Assembly: GCA_033762295.1 (NCBI GenBank)
Contig: JANRLW010000018.1
Location: forward strand, 32,940 to 96,939
Source of the DNA: Capsulimonadales bacterium
GTDB taxonomy: Bacteria; Armatimonadota; Armatimonadia; Armatimonadales; Armatimonadaceae
Length of the DNA: 64,000 bases
Direction of reading: 5' to 3'
Of this stretch, positions 9,329 through 19,132 are shown in pieces. Position 1 is the first letter of the stretch. Each line of letters opens with the position of its first letter. Position numbers and translations under genes: made by a program. The notes under the pieces are model-generated. The model was not told the origin of the DNA, ran no database searches, and was given only the letters and a program-made list of their open reading frames with translations.

Positions 9329-9991
9329 TCACGCCCGTTGCGACCGCCCGCCCGCCAGATTGTGCGCCCGGCGTGTCGTCTCCGGCAAACGATACCCCCG
9401 AACACAGGCCAGCACCAGACGCACCGCCGTTTCAAGATCGATCCGGTGACCGACCGAAACGATCAGCGGATTGGTCCGCTTCTTCGCGCGAACCGCCATG
9501 CCCAGCACCTCGCCCCGGTAGGTCAGCGGCGACACACTGCCCGGTTCCTCACCCGGCTCCTCGTATTTTCCGGTCAGCACCGACTTGGCGACACCGATCG
9601 TCGGACGGTCCAGCAGGACGCCGAGATGACAGGCGATGCCGAACCGCCGGGGATGGGCGATTCCCTGTCCGTCGAGCATCAGGAGATCCGGCAACGCCGA
9701 CAGCTTCGCCAGGGCATCGAGCGCGAGCGGCGACTCGCGAAACGACAGCAGTCCGGGCACATACGGAAATTCGGCGCGGGCGGTCGCGGTCGCCTCCTCG
9801 ACCACGGTCAGGTCGGGATAGGAGAGGACCACGACGCTGGCCTTGCCCTCGTCCCGATAGGAGGCATCGATCCCGGCAACCGTTCGCAAGGCGTCCGGAT
9901 CGAAATCGTTCGTCGTTCGGACCTGCGCGGCGAGTTCCCTCTGTACGGCGATCGCCTCGTCCACGGTCAGGTCCCAGCGATGCCACGGCAT
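9329..9991 (-). CDS. nfi: Endonuclease V
   Basis: VAGIDASY, FPYVPGLLSFRE, DGQGIAHPRRFGIACHLG, IGVAKS, VSVGH and YRLPETTRRAH. Confidence 0.95.
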   Translation of the reverse strand: MPWHRWDLTVDEAIAVQRELAAQVRTTNDFDPDALRTVAGIDASYRDEGKASVVVLSYPDLTVVEEATATARAEFPYVPGLLSFRESPLALDALAKLSALPDLLMLDGQGIAHPRRFGIACHLGVLLDRPTIGVAKSVLTGKYEEPGEEPGSVSPLTYRGEVLGMAVRAKKRTNPLIVSVGHRIDLETAVRLVLACVRGYRLPETTRRAHNLAGGRSQRA

Positions 9992-10015
9992 GGTGATGCT
10001 TCTCTCCTCTCGGGC

Positions 10016-11113
10016 CTATCGGGCGACGGTCGCGGCGTCGGGCAGGGACGCATTCTCCGCAAAGCCGACGAACACCGGTTCCGGGGCGAGCGAGACTTCC
10101 CAGGCGTCCCGAACCCGGTTCTGCACCTCGCGGGCGGTCAGGGCGATATCCTCCCCGGTCGCCCCACCCCGGTTGGTCAACGCCAGGATATGTTTCGTGG
10201 AGAGCGCGACCCGTCCGTCACGGAACGCCTGTCCGCGCGTCAGACCGGCCGTCTCCATCAGGAAAGCGGCGGGCAGCTTGACCGTGCCGTCGGGCTGCGG
10301 ATAGTTCGGAACCGGGTCGATCCCGCGCCGTTTCGCCCGTTCGCGCAACGCCTCAAAGCGTTCCGCGCTCAGGACCGGATTTTTGAAAAAGGACCCGGCA
10401 CTGCGAGTATCGGGGTCCGCCGGGTCGGAAACCATCCCCTTCCGCGCCCGAATCTCCCGGACGGCATGATAGGTTTGCTCCGGCGTCGGCGTGGCGTTCG
10501 CCCCGAAGTATCGCCGCAGGTCTTCGTATCGAAGGGCCGACGTCTCCCCCTCGCATAGTTCGAAGGTGACGGTCAGAAGGATTCGGCGGCCGGGTTCCTC
10601 ATGGTTGAATCGGCTGCGTCGGTAGGCGAAACCGCACTCCGCGCCCGGTATCTCGGCGACCTGTCCCGTTTCCCGGTCGAACGCCCGGACCGAGCGAATC
10701 GTTTCGGAAACCTCCTGCCCGTATGCGCCGACGTTCTGCACCGGGGTTCCTCCGGTCCGGCCGGGGATTCCGGCGAGGCACTCGATCCCGGTCAGGCCGC
10801 GCTCGACACTGGCGCGGACGACCGCATCCCACTCCTCGGCGGCTCCGACCGTCCACCGCTGTCGTCCGTTCCCGATCCGTTCGACCTCGATTCCCCGGAC
10901 TTGCGGTGAGAGGATGACGCCGGGGTAGACGCCGGAACTGAGTACGACATTGCTGCCGCCGCCCAGGAGAAAAACGGGCAATCCGCGGTCGCGGGCAAAG
11001 GCAAGGGCGTCCCGCAGTTCGGTCTCCTCGCGGAATTCGATGTAATGGCGGGCGGTCCCGCCGACCCCGAGAGTCGTCCGGTCCGCGAGCGGGAAACGGT
11101 CATGAACGATCAC
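10016..11113 (-). CDS. murB: UDP-N-acetylenolpyruvoylglucosamine reductase
   Basis: LGGGSN, GIPGRTGGTPVQNVGAYGQE, CGFAYRRSRF, SAGSFFKNP, KHILALTN and LAPEP. Confidence 0.95.
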   Translation of the reverse strand: MIVHDRFPLADRTTLGVGGTARHYIEFREETELRDALAFARDRGLPVFLLGGGSNVVLSSGVYPGVILSPQVRGIEVERIGNGRQRWTVGAAEEWDAVVRASVERGLTGIECLAGIPGRTGGTPVQNVGAYGQEVSETIRSVRAFDRETGQVAEIPGAECGFAYRRSRFNHEEPGRRILLTVTFELCEGETSALRYEDLRRYFGANATPTPEQTYHAVREIRARKGMVSDPADPDTRSAGSFFKNPVLSAERFEALRERAKRRGIDPVPNYPQPDGTVKLPAAFLMETAGLTRGQAFRDGRVALSTKHILALTNRGGATGEDIALTAREVQNRVRDAWEVSLAPEPVFVGFAENASLPDAATVAR

Positions 11114-11173
11114 GCGCCATTATACCGTCATACCGTAAGGGATACCGTCCTCCGCTCCCGCGAACGCGGCGGG

Positions 11174-12844
11174 CTACAGCAGATGCCGGGTGAGATACTC
11201 ACGATAGAGGCGGCATCGAGGACGCGCCGTCGCCACCGAATCACCGACGACCAACCCCGCCCCGCGCAGAATATGAAAATGGTCGGCGCCGGGGATCGGT
11301 TCGCCCTTCAGCAACGTGCGCATCGCCTGAACGAGTTCCGGGTTGTCCGACAGCGAGGCCAGCACCCGCCGCAGATGATCGTCGAACAATCCCCCCTCCA
11401 GAGTCGCCTGCTCCTCGAAGGTCGCGATATCGAGTTTACGGGCGGCGATTTCGTCCAGCCCTCGTGAGGTCAGACCGGGCTGCCCTCCGAGAAGGTCATG
11501 GAACCGATGAAAGTCGGTTTCATCGCGCAGCGGGGAACCGTACCGCCGGTTCATCTCCCACACCTCTTCCGCGCGAAAATCGGACAGCGTCAGCCGCTTG
11601 CCGACATTGAACGGCGACTGGTTCAAATCCGTGATGAAGAGGTGCGCCTCGGTCGCATAGGCGATCGCCATCGTCATTCGCGACCAGGGACCGGTCGGAT
11701 CGAGCGAGCGGCGATTGTGCCAGGAACGAAACAGCCCGAACACCTCGGAGCCGAACGAGCAGGTGAAGAGCCGGTCGACTTCGTCCAGTCCCCAGACCAG
11801 CGGCTGCTCGAACGAACCGAAGACCTCTTTTCGGAGGTAGCGTTCCAGGTTCATGTTCGGGCTGCGTTTTTCGTTCCAGACGTCCTCGGGCAGGACGCTC
11901 AGATCGAGCTGGTCGGCGATCATGTTGGCCAGTTCGCGATAGAGCGCGTCTGCGGAGGCGAGATGGACGGCGGAAAGCGATTGAAAGTCGGTGAAGATCA
12001 CGCGTGCGCCGCGCTCGCGCGCCTGCTGCAGTCCGCGCGCGAGAAGTGAGGTCTTCCCCATCTGTCGTCCGCCCTTGACCAGTACGATGCTTTCCTGATC
12101 GTCGATATGCTGGCGGAAATCGTGGTCGGTCGGTCGGACGATATAGAACTCGGAATCGAGCGGGACCGCGCCGCCGACCGGGCCACGTTTGGTACGCGGC
12201 GCGACGACGGTTCGATCGTCGGAGTAGGCCGGCCGATCGTTTCGAAACCGGACGCGCAGAGGCGTTTCCGGATTGCCGACCTCCCCCTGACGCAGGTTGA
12301 ACAGGTGAATCCGGTCCCCGTGCTTGACCTCCACCTCCCCGATATCGGTCAGGCAGTTGCGCCAGGTCTCGAACTCGGACAGGTCGTTCGCCACCCGTTC
12401 GGAGACCAGAATATGCCCGGCATCTCCGCAGTCCATCACTCGCTGCGCCAGATTGATCCCGCTTCCGGTGACGGTCAGTTGCCCGTTGATATCGATGACC
12501 CGCGACACCGGTCCGCTATGGATACCCATCCGGACCTTCAGCTGATCGTACCTCTCGGACTTCAGAACACGGGCGATTTCGGTGGCGCACTGGGCGGGCG
12601 CGAGCGGGTCGCGGAAAAAGGTCATCCACATGCCGTCGCCGCTGTCGCCACGGAGCAGTTCCCCGGCCGCCTCCGCACGCACAAACTCCGGCGTCTCACG
12701 AACGATCTCTCTCAGTTGACCGGTGATACGCGCCTGGTCCTCGAAGGAAAGGCGGCTATACCCGACGAGGTCCACGAACAGAACATGCGCAATCTCGGCA
12801 TTGATGCGCCCATACCCTTTGGTGACTTCAGGAGACAAATCCAC
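11174..12844 (-). CDS. Class III nucleotide cyclase fused to an AAA_35 (AAA-like) NTPase
   Basis: VLFVDLVGYS, GDG, RMGIHSGPV and GINLAQR (cyclase); GGAVPLDSEFYIVR, GGRQMGKTS (Walker A), LDEVD (Walker B) and QSPFNVG (AAA_35). Confidence 0.85.
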   Translation of the reverse strand: MDLSPEVTKGYGRINAEIAHVLFVDLVGYSRLSFEDQARITGQLREIVRETPEFVRAEAAGELLRGDSGDGMWMTFFRDPLAPAQCATEIARVLKSERYDQLKVRMGIHSGPVSRVIDINGQLTVTGSGINLAQRVMDCGDAGHILVSERVANDLSEFETWRNCLTDIGEVEVKHGDRIHLFNLRQGEVGNPETPLRVRFRNDRPAYSDDRTVVAPRTKRGPVGGAVPLDSEFYIVRPTDHDFRQHIDDQESIVLVKGGRQMGKTSLLARGLQQARERGARVIFTDFQSLSAVHLASADALYRELANMIADQLDLSVLPEDVWNEKRSPNMNLERYLRKEVFGSFEQPLVWGLDEVDRLFTCSFGSEVFGLFRSWHNRRSLDPTGPWSRMTMAIAYATEAHLFITDLNQSPFNVGKRLTLSDFRAEEVWEMNRRYGSPLRDETDFHRFHDLLGGQPGLTSRGLDEIAARKLDIATFEEQATLEGGLFDDHLRRVLASLSDNPELVQAMRTLLKGEPIPGADHFHILRGAGLVVGDSVATARPRCRLYREYLTRHLL

Positions 12845-13183
12845 GCTCCCTCCGACAGAAAAATACGTCGACTCCCCTCGTTTTCGCCCGCGTTGACCGG
12901 CAGGAATAACGATATCAGGTTAAGGAAAATCGGCTTGAATGCTACGGCTTGTCTTCTGATTCTATCGTATTTTGTTCGGTCCGTCGTCGCCCCGGAAATT
13001 CTACCTGCCATAACCTCGCTCGACAGGAATATGGATCTGCTGTAAACTGCAACAACCGTTACCGCAGGATCGGGCAGGACCGGGCCTGCCGTCGTTCCTC
13101 CCCGTTGAAGGACGCGATGTCTCCTCCGGTCTGATCGGTCAGGAGACGGACGCACCACGGTACGTTCCCGGAAGGAGTTTGCC

Positions 13184-13825
13184 ATGTTTCGCATTGCCGC
13201 AGACCGTCGGATCAGGCCCCTCGATCGTACCGCGCTCTGCTTCGCTTGCCTCCTGTTCGCCGGGTTGACTCCCGTATCCGCCCAGGACGCTCCGAACGGG
13301 AAGACACCGGAGATTCCGCCGACCGACCGCACGCCTCCGTCCGCTCCGGAAATGACGCCCGAGGAGTATATCCGGAAGGCGACGATCTATAGCCGGGTGG
13401 GAGACTATACCAAAGCGGTCGCGGTCCTGACCAAAGCGATCGAGGAACAGCCCAATACCGCCCAGTTGTTCCTCCACCGGGGACAGGCGTATATCCGCAT
13501 GGCGGCGGCCGAACAGAGAATTGTCGAATGTACACGGGCGATCAGCAGGAACGGCGAGGATACCGTCTCCTTCCTGCATCGGGGTTTCGCCTACTACAAC
13601 ATCGGAAACTACCTGCAGGCAATTTCGGATTATACCCGGGCGATCGTCCGACAGCCCGACTACGCAGCCGCCTACCTGGGGCGCGGTCTGGCCTTTATCG
13701 CCGCCGGCAAACGCACGGAGGGGATGGCCGATTACGAACGAGCGTTACGGCTCCGCCCGGAACTGCAACGCGCCGATCCCCGCTACCTGTTGATGGTGCG
13801 GTTTGATGATCCGATTCGACGGTAA
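13184..13825 (+). CDS. Exported tetratricopeptide repeat protein
   Basis: Signal peptide; TPR motifs HRGFAYYNIGNYLQAISDYTRAI and YLGRGLAF; SD AAGGAG. Confidence 0.85.
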   Translation: MFRIAADRRIRPLDRTALCFACLLFAGLTPVSAQDAPNGKTPEIPPTDRTPPSAPEMTPEEYIRKATIYSRVGDYTKAVAVLTKAIEEQPNTAQLFLHRGQAYIRMAAAEQRIVECTRAISRNGEDTVSFLHRGFAYYNIGNYLQAISDYTRAIVRQPDYAAAYLGRGLAFIAAGKRTEGMADYERALRLRPELQRADPRYLLMVRFDDPIRR

Positions 13826-13857
13826 GCCGCACACTCCGTAACCCCTTCGACCCGCCG

Positions 13858-15066
13858 TCACGTCGAGACGATCCGTACGGTTTCCAGCGTCTCCGGGTGC
13901 AGGGCGATTTCCAGCGAGCGGCTGTCGGTGACGCTCTCCAGACGGGTTACCAGCAGCGGACCGTCCGCCGACTCCACCCGGAACGGCTCGAGCGTCCGGA
14001 GCCGTGGCGTCGATTGCCAGAACCGCTGAGCGGCGGGCAGATGCCGGGCGATTTCATGGATCTCGATCGCCGTCGCGCTCCGGCAGCGCTCGCACTCGGT
14101 AAACAGCCCGTTCCGACCGTGATAGAACGACCATGGGAACGATTCGGGCGCGACGGTGAAGACCGGAACGGGAAAATGACCGCACCGGAGACAGCGCGCG
14201 GACCGTTCCCGGATCAGACGCGCCGTGTGCTCGCTCCACCAGCGGTTGACCCGGTTGAGCGCGGGTTTGAACCCCTTGACGCCGTCCAGCAACTCGGAAC
14301 AGTGCCCCATAAACAGGAACGCGCCCTCATGCCGACTGCAGCCCGGACAGCGTAGCGAAAACGTCAGTTGCCGGTTTCGTTCAGCCCCTTCGGAGGGGCT
14401 TTTGAACCCGAGAAACCCTTCCAGCCGGTGCATGCCGCAGTCGGGACACCAGAGCCGCGTTTCCTGCCAGAGGAGCGAACCCTCGTCGATCAGGCCGAGC
14501 GCCACCGTTTCCGTACGCATCTCCGAATGGGTCAGCACCCGCCGAAGCGCCTGCCGGCTCCGGTGCAGTTGAACGACCGCCGTCGCCTCGCGGACGCCCC
14601 GCCGGGCCGCAATCTCCTCGATCGGTAACTCGCGGATATACCGATCGACCAGCAGGTCCTGCGCCACGGAAGGCAGACGATCGAGGGCGCGATCCAGCAG
14701 TCGGGAAATATCGTCCCGGTCCAGCAGTTCGCTCAGATCGGGCACCGAGGCATCGACCAGCATCTCGTAGTCCGTGGCAGGATTGTCTCCGCTGGCGGTC
14801 ACCAGACGCTCCCGCTCGACCCCCGCCTTTCGCAGGTAGCGCAGGCAGACGTTCCGGGCGATCCCGTTCAGCCACGCCTGCCATACGTCTCCGTTCTTCA
14901 GCGAATGACGCTGCCGCCAGGCGATGGCCAGGGTCTCCTGCGCCAGGTCCTCGGCGACCTCCGCGCTGTGGACCTGCCGGGCGCAGAGTCGGACGATCCG
15001 TCCACGTTCGGCAGCCAGCCGAAGGGGATCGAGCGCGAACCTTTCACTATGGGGAACTCGATGCAT
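13858..15066 (-). CDS. ECF RNA polymerase sigma factor with Cys-rich C-terminal extension
   Basis: AEDLAQET and WLNGIARN (region 2); EEIAARRG...VQLHRSR (region 4); the extension contains CPDC, CPGC, CLRC and CERC. Confidence 0.85.
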   Translation of the reverse strand: MHRVPHSERFALDPLRLAAERGRIVRLCARQVHSAEVAEDLAQETLAIAWRQRHSLKNGDVWQAWLNGIARNVCLRYLRKAGVERERLVTASGDNPATDYEMLVDASVPDLSELLDRDDISRLLDRALDRLPSVAQDLLVDRYIRELPIEEIAARRGVREATAVVQLHRSRQALRRVLTHSEMRTETVALGLIDEGSLLWQETRLWCPDCGMHRLEGFLGFKSPSEGAERNRQLTFSLRCPGCSRHEGAFLFMGHCSELLDGVKGFKPALNRVNRWWSEHTARLIRERSARCLRCGHFPVPVFTVAPESFPWSFYHGRNGLFTECERCRSATAIEIHEIARHLPAAQRFWQSTPRLRTLEPFRVESADGPLLVTRLESVTDSRSLEIALHPETLETVRIVST

Positions 15067-15208
15067 CCTTTACTCCTCCGCCGTCCTTACCGGGTACGCC
15101 GGTCCTGTGGGAACGGTGACCCTGTCAGCGATCCTGTCGGTATCCGGTATAATCCTTGTCGCGCAATCCGGGCGGAAATAACAAAAAATCCCTCGGTTCC
15201 CAAAAAAC

Positions 15209-15718
15209 TCAGCGTCCGTTTCCCCCGGTTCGCTCTTTCCGTTGTTCGAGCCAGCGAACGTACTCCGGATGGTCCCGCGCCGCCTTCCAGCGTTCGTAAA
15301 AGATTCGCGCGGACTCCGCCTTGATCGGGTCCTCGGGCGAACGCGGCAGTTCGGCGCGTCCGTGCGACCCGCTGCGCCCCTTTTTGTCGTCGGGAACCGG
15401 TCCGTCGTATTTTCGGCCACCGCGATGATTGGCATACCGCCGCGCCCGTGTGTAACCCATTTGGAGAAATTTCCGTGCCATATCGGCCCCGACGTAATCC
15501 CCGAGTTCCAGATAGTGATGAAACATTTGCAGGATCGTGTCCGCCGAACGGCGGGCCAGTTCCGGGGTGGCGAATCTCCAGTGCGGGAGAATTTCGCTTT
15601 TGTAAGGTTCGACGAGCAGGACTCCCTGCTCGCCTTTACCGACGCGATAGAGTTCGGGATGCTTCCGAAAGTCGATCGATCGAAAGTCCAGGGAATAATC
15701 GAAGGTATCGCCGGTCAT
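15209..15718 (-). CDS. DUF4385 family protein
   Basis: YRVGKGEQGVLLVEPYKSEILPHWRF and DMARKFLQMGYTRARRYANH. Confidence 0.85.
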   Translation of the reverse strand: MTGDTFDYSLDFRSIDFRKHPELYRVGKGEQGVLLVEPYKSEILPHWRFATPELARRSADTILQMFHHYLELGDYVGADMARKFLQMGYTRARRYANHRGGRKYDGPVPDDKKGRSGSHGRAELPRSPEDPIKAESARIFYERWKAARDHPEYVRWLEQRKERTGGNGR

Positions 15719-15785
15719 ACCCGAAAGACGGCGGCGGACACGACACGTTCCCGAACGCGTTCCCGAACGCGCCCCGTCATCCCGT

Positions 15786-16925
15786 TCACTCCCAGCGGAA
15801 CGTCCGAACCGCAACAACCAGCGCCAGGACCAGATAGACGCCCAGAACGGCGAAATCCGTGGGCAGTGGGTGCAGACCGCCCGCGTTCAGCATCATCTGC
15901 CGCAAAATATCGCCCAGATAGGTCGTCGGCAGGATCGCCGCGATCGGCCGCACGACATCCGGCAGCATCTCCAGCGGAAGGAGCAGTCCGGAAAGCAACA
16001 TCAACGGGAGATTGATTACCTGAACGAGCGACATTCCGGCGTCCTGAGTGCGTGCCACGGATGCCAGAACCGCCCCGATGGCGATAAAAATCAACAGTCC
16101 GAACAGCAATACCGGCAGTACGTCCAGCGGCGAACAGGCCATCCGGAACCCGAAGACCGCCCGGCCCAACAGAAGGATCAGCGTCGCCTGTACGACTCCG
16201 ACAATCAGCCGTTGCGTCACCTGCGCGGCGACGACCGTCCCGGCGGGTATCGGTGTCGCCCGCAGCCGCTTCAGAACGCCTCGCTCCCGCAGCGTGATCA
16301 ACGGGATCGCCGTGAACAGTCCCAGTTGCATCATGGTCACCGCGAACAGCCCCGGAAGGACGAAATCGAGCGGTCGAATCTCCTCCGACCGTTCTCCCCC
16401 GGTGCGATCCACCGTTTCCTCCCGCGCTTCCAGCAGTGAGGGCGTGTTGGTGATCTGTCGATCCATCGCCGCGATCGCCTGACGCAGGGCGTTGCGCACC
16501 GGTTGAGTGATCGGTTCCGGTTGTGTCGGATCATAGAGCACCCGGACCGGCGTGGTCCGTCCCTGCATCAATCGGACGGCGAAGTCGGGCGGGAAGACGA
16601 CCAGGGCATGGCGGTCTCCGCGCAGCAGCGCCTCCTTCTCCTGTGGCAGCGGTCCGATATGCGTTTCGAAGTAGGGAATACGGCGGAAAGCGTCGGCGGT
16701 GTAGGTCATCTCCGCTCCGACTCTTTCTCCGGAGAACACCAGACCGATCGGAAAACGAGCGGGTTCCTCCCGCCCCATCTTTCCGAAGAGGGAACCGAAG
16801 ACCAGAACCAGGAGCAGAGGCAGCAAAAAACTCCAGACCAGAGCGGCCCGGTCCCGCGAGAACGCTCGCAGGTTCGCCCCGGTCAGGTGCAGGTAAGCCC
16901 GCAGGTTCGCCCGGATCGACATCAC
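15786..16925 (-). CDS. ABC-2 type exporter permease
   Basis: N-terminal TM, extracellular loop, RERGVLKRLRATP and multiple C-terminal TMs; overlaps the ATPase stop. Confidence 0.9.
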   Translation of the reverse strand: MMSIRANLRAYLHLTGANLRAFSRDRAALVWSFLLPLLLVLVFGSLFGKMGREEPARFPIGLVFSGERVGAEMTYTADAFRRIPYFETHIGPLPQEKEALLRGDRHALVVFPPDFAVRLMQGRTTPVRVLYDPTQPEPITQPVRNALRQAIAAMDRQITNTPSLLEAREETVDRTGGERSEEIRPLDFVLPGLFAVTMMQLGLFTAIPLITLRERGVLKRLRATPIPAGTVVAAQVTQRLIVGVVQATLILLLGRAVFGFRMACSPLDVLPVLLFGLLIFIAIGAVLASVARTQDAGMSLVQVINLPLMLLSGLLLPLEMLPDVVRPIAAILPTTYLGDILRQMMLNAGGLHPLPTDFAVLGVYLVLALVVAVRTFRWE

Positions 16926-17710
16926 TCCTCCTCCTGCCAGAGCGCTCGGCCGGTCAGTTTCAGGAAGACATCCTCCAGGGTCGGGCCGGGCGTCGGCGGG
17001 GATCGGTCGGGAAAGTGGGTGCGAATCAGGCCCCGGGGAGAATCGAGCGCCAGCAGATGCCCCCGGTCGAGAATCGCGATCCGGTCGCAGAGCCGTTCGG
17101 CCTCCTCCATGTAGTGTGTCGTCAGCAGGATGGTCGTTTCGTTGCGGCGCAGATCGGCGATCACCTCCCAGAGTCCGCGCCGGGCGTGCGGGTCCAGTCC
17201 GGTCGTCGGTTCGTCCAGAAAAACGATCTCCGGATTTCCGACCAGAGCGAGCGCGATCGAGAGCCGCTGCTGCTGACCGCCGGACAGGGTTTGGACGATG
17301 GCATTGCCTTTCTCCGCGATGCCCAGCCGCTCCAGCAGTCGCCCGGGCGGCGTCGGGTCCGGATAGAAACTGCCCCAGAGCGTCAGCAGTTCGCGGCAGG
17401 TCAGGTTCGGCAGGAGAGTGGACGACTGGGTGGCGACGCCGATCCGCTGTTTGACGCGGGTCGTCTCCTTGCGCAGGTCCATGCCGAGCACCCGGATCGC
17501 GCCGCTATCCGCCGGACGCAATCCCTCGATGATCTCGACGATGGTCGTTTTCCCTGCGCCGTTGGGTCCGAGCAGTCCGAAGACTTCGCCCCGGGCCACC
17601 GTAAAGGAGACGCCGTTCACTGCCGGCGTACGACGGTAGGTCTTGATCAGTCGTTCGACTTCGATTGCGGGAACCTCGGGGGGTCGTTTCGGGGCGGAGA
17701 CAGGTGACAA
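16922..17710 (-). CDS. ABC exporter ATP-binding protein
   Basis: GPNGAGKT, LSGGQ, FLDEPTTGLD and TTHYMEEAE. Confidence 0.95.
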   Translation of the reverse strand: MSPVSAPKRPPEVPAIEVERLIKTYRRTPAVNGVSFTVARGEVFGLLGPNGAGKTTIVEIIEGLRPADSGAIRVLGMDLRKETTRVKQRIGVATQSSTLLPNLTCRELLTLWGSFYPDPTPPGRLLERLGIAEKGNAIVQTLSGGQQQRLSIALALVGNPEIVFLDEPTTGLDPHARRGLWEVIADLRRNETTILLTTHYMEEAERLCDRIAILDRGHLLALDSPRGLIRTHFPDRSPPTPGPTLEDVFLKLTGRALWQEEE

Positions 17711-17751
17711 AGTATCGTATTTTACGGCGTTCGGCGGCCACGTCGCAAAGT

Positions 17752-18690
17752 TCAGGGGTAGACCGCCCGCAGTACCAGACGTGTTTCCGGACGATCGCCG
17801 ATCAGCGCGAATCGGGCGTCCTCGTAGCGTGGCGGTCCCAGGCGGACTTTCGGATTGGAGGACGCTCCGAACCCTTCCAGGGGATAACCGAACGAGGTAT
17901 CGAAACTCCCGCTCCGGTTCTCGTCATGGACGAAGGCGGCGGCGTAGTCTCCCGGCGGCAGGTCCGGGAAAGCGACGGTCGCCGTCGCGTTCAGGACGGG
18001 TACCACAGCGGTGCGGTAGGCCTTTTTCTCATCGCTCGGGAAACCGTCGCCCTCCCGGAAGAGCGAAAGCAGGACCTCCCCTCGATCGTTCCTCAGACCG
18101 GTGCAGAGCAGGGTCAGGGTGGAATTCCGGGCGGGCCCGGAAAGACGGGGATGCGTCTCAAAGAAACGCCAGACCGGACGCGGATCGCGCGCCTCCTCGC
18201 GCACGTCGAGGGCGAACGTCGCTTCGGACGACGGTGGCGGTTCGCCGGGTCCGATGCAGGAGACGGCGGTCACACGCTTTGCCGTCGTCGTCACCGAAAA
18301 GGCCCGGCGATCGGTGACGAGGAAAAGACGGGCCGGGTCGATCGTCACCCGTTCGCCGACCGCCGTGATCAGGCGTTCGGGATCGAGCGGAGAGTCGTCG
18401 GGATCGATCCTCCCGCCGACGACCGCGAATCCGATCCGATCGGACAGATTTTCCCACCCGGTCTTTCGCAGCAGTTCACCGGCCGATCGCTTCTCGGAGG
18501 TAAGCACCAGCACCAGCGGCGCGGGTCGATCGGGCTCGAAATTCGGCGGGATATGCAGGACGAAGCCTGTCTTTCCGGATTCCCCGATCGAAAGGTCGTG
18601 AGTCCCCGCACGGATCGCTTCCTTGGGGGTATCGGAGCCGGGCAGCAACAGGGCCAGAAGGAGAAGGTACGGGGCGCGGTAGTCGGGCAT
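17752..18690 (-). CDS. Exported protein: degenerate esterase-like N-domain plus DUF2141 domain
   Basis: C-terminal RNDRGEV..LF..DGFP, LPPGDYAAAFVHDEN, PLEGFGASSNP and GPP fit DUF2141; the N-terminal LHIPP..PAPLVLVL and IDPARLF are esterase-like. Confidence 0.7.
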   Translation of the reverse strand: MPDYRAPYLLLLALLLPGSDTPKEAIRAGTHDLSIGESGKTGFVLHIPPNFEPDRPAPLVLVLTSEKRSAGELLRKTGWENLSDRIGFAVVGGRIDPDDSPLDPERLITAVGERVTIDPARLFLVTDRRAFSVTTTAKRVTAVSCIGPGEPPPSSEATFALDVREEARDPRPVWRFFETHPRLSGPARNSTLTLLCTGLRNDRGEVLLSLFREGDGFPSDEKKAYRTAVVPVLNATATVAFPDLPPGDYAAAFVHDENRSGSFDTSFGYPLEGFGASSNPKVRLGPPRYEDARFALIGDRPETRLVLRAVYP

Positions 18691-18730
18691 GATCGCTCGG
18701 GACGGATGGAAACTGCGGTATTGTATGGGA

Positions 18731-19132
18731 ATGAACCCAGCTTTGCAAATGTCCCTGAAGGCGGCGGGGTGGTGGTCGGGACTGCGTCGAGGCTCCCTGG
18801 CGACCCGGCGCGCCGGCATCGAGTTCGAGGTATCGGAGGAGCGAGGCGCGGGCGGGCGGACGGAACTGCGTTATCGCTACCGGACCGAAACCACGCTCGC
18901 CGAGGGGGATGTCTCTTTGCCCGCGGACGCCACGCGCGCGATGGTGGAGGACGCGATGACCCAGATCTATCTTCGCGTTCATGAACGCCCGGACCCGACC
19001 CGGGTCTTCGGAGGGGGCAGATCAAGCCATGCCGAACGACGCGCCGAACGACACGCCGCGCCGAACGACGCTTCGACCGCGCAAACGCAGTCCGTCCCCT
19101 CCGACTCTCCACAGGGCGTGCTCGATTTTTAG
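18731..19132 (+). CDS. Hypothetical protein ending in QGVLDF
   Basis: ORF 18689..19132 fills the gap between two minus-strand genes; TATTGT lies 6 nt before ATG 18731. Confidence 0.5.
   Translation: MNPALQMSLKAAGWWSGLRRGSLATRRAGIEFEVSEERGAGGRTELRYRYRTETTLAEGDVSLPADATRAMVEDAMTQIYLRVHERPDPTRVFGGGRSSHAERRAERHAAPNDASTAQTQSVPSDSPQGVLDF

Noticed and set aside
12845..13183. Small ORFs and possible ncRNA between the cyclase and TPR genes
   Set aside because: No SD-supported ORF or convincing structure; consistent with a divergent promoter region.
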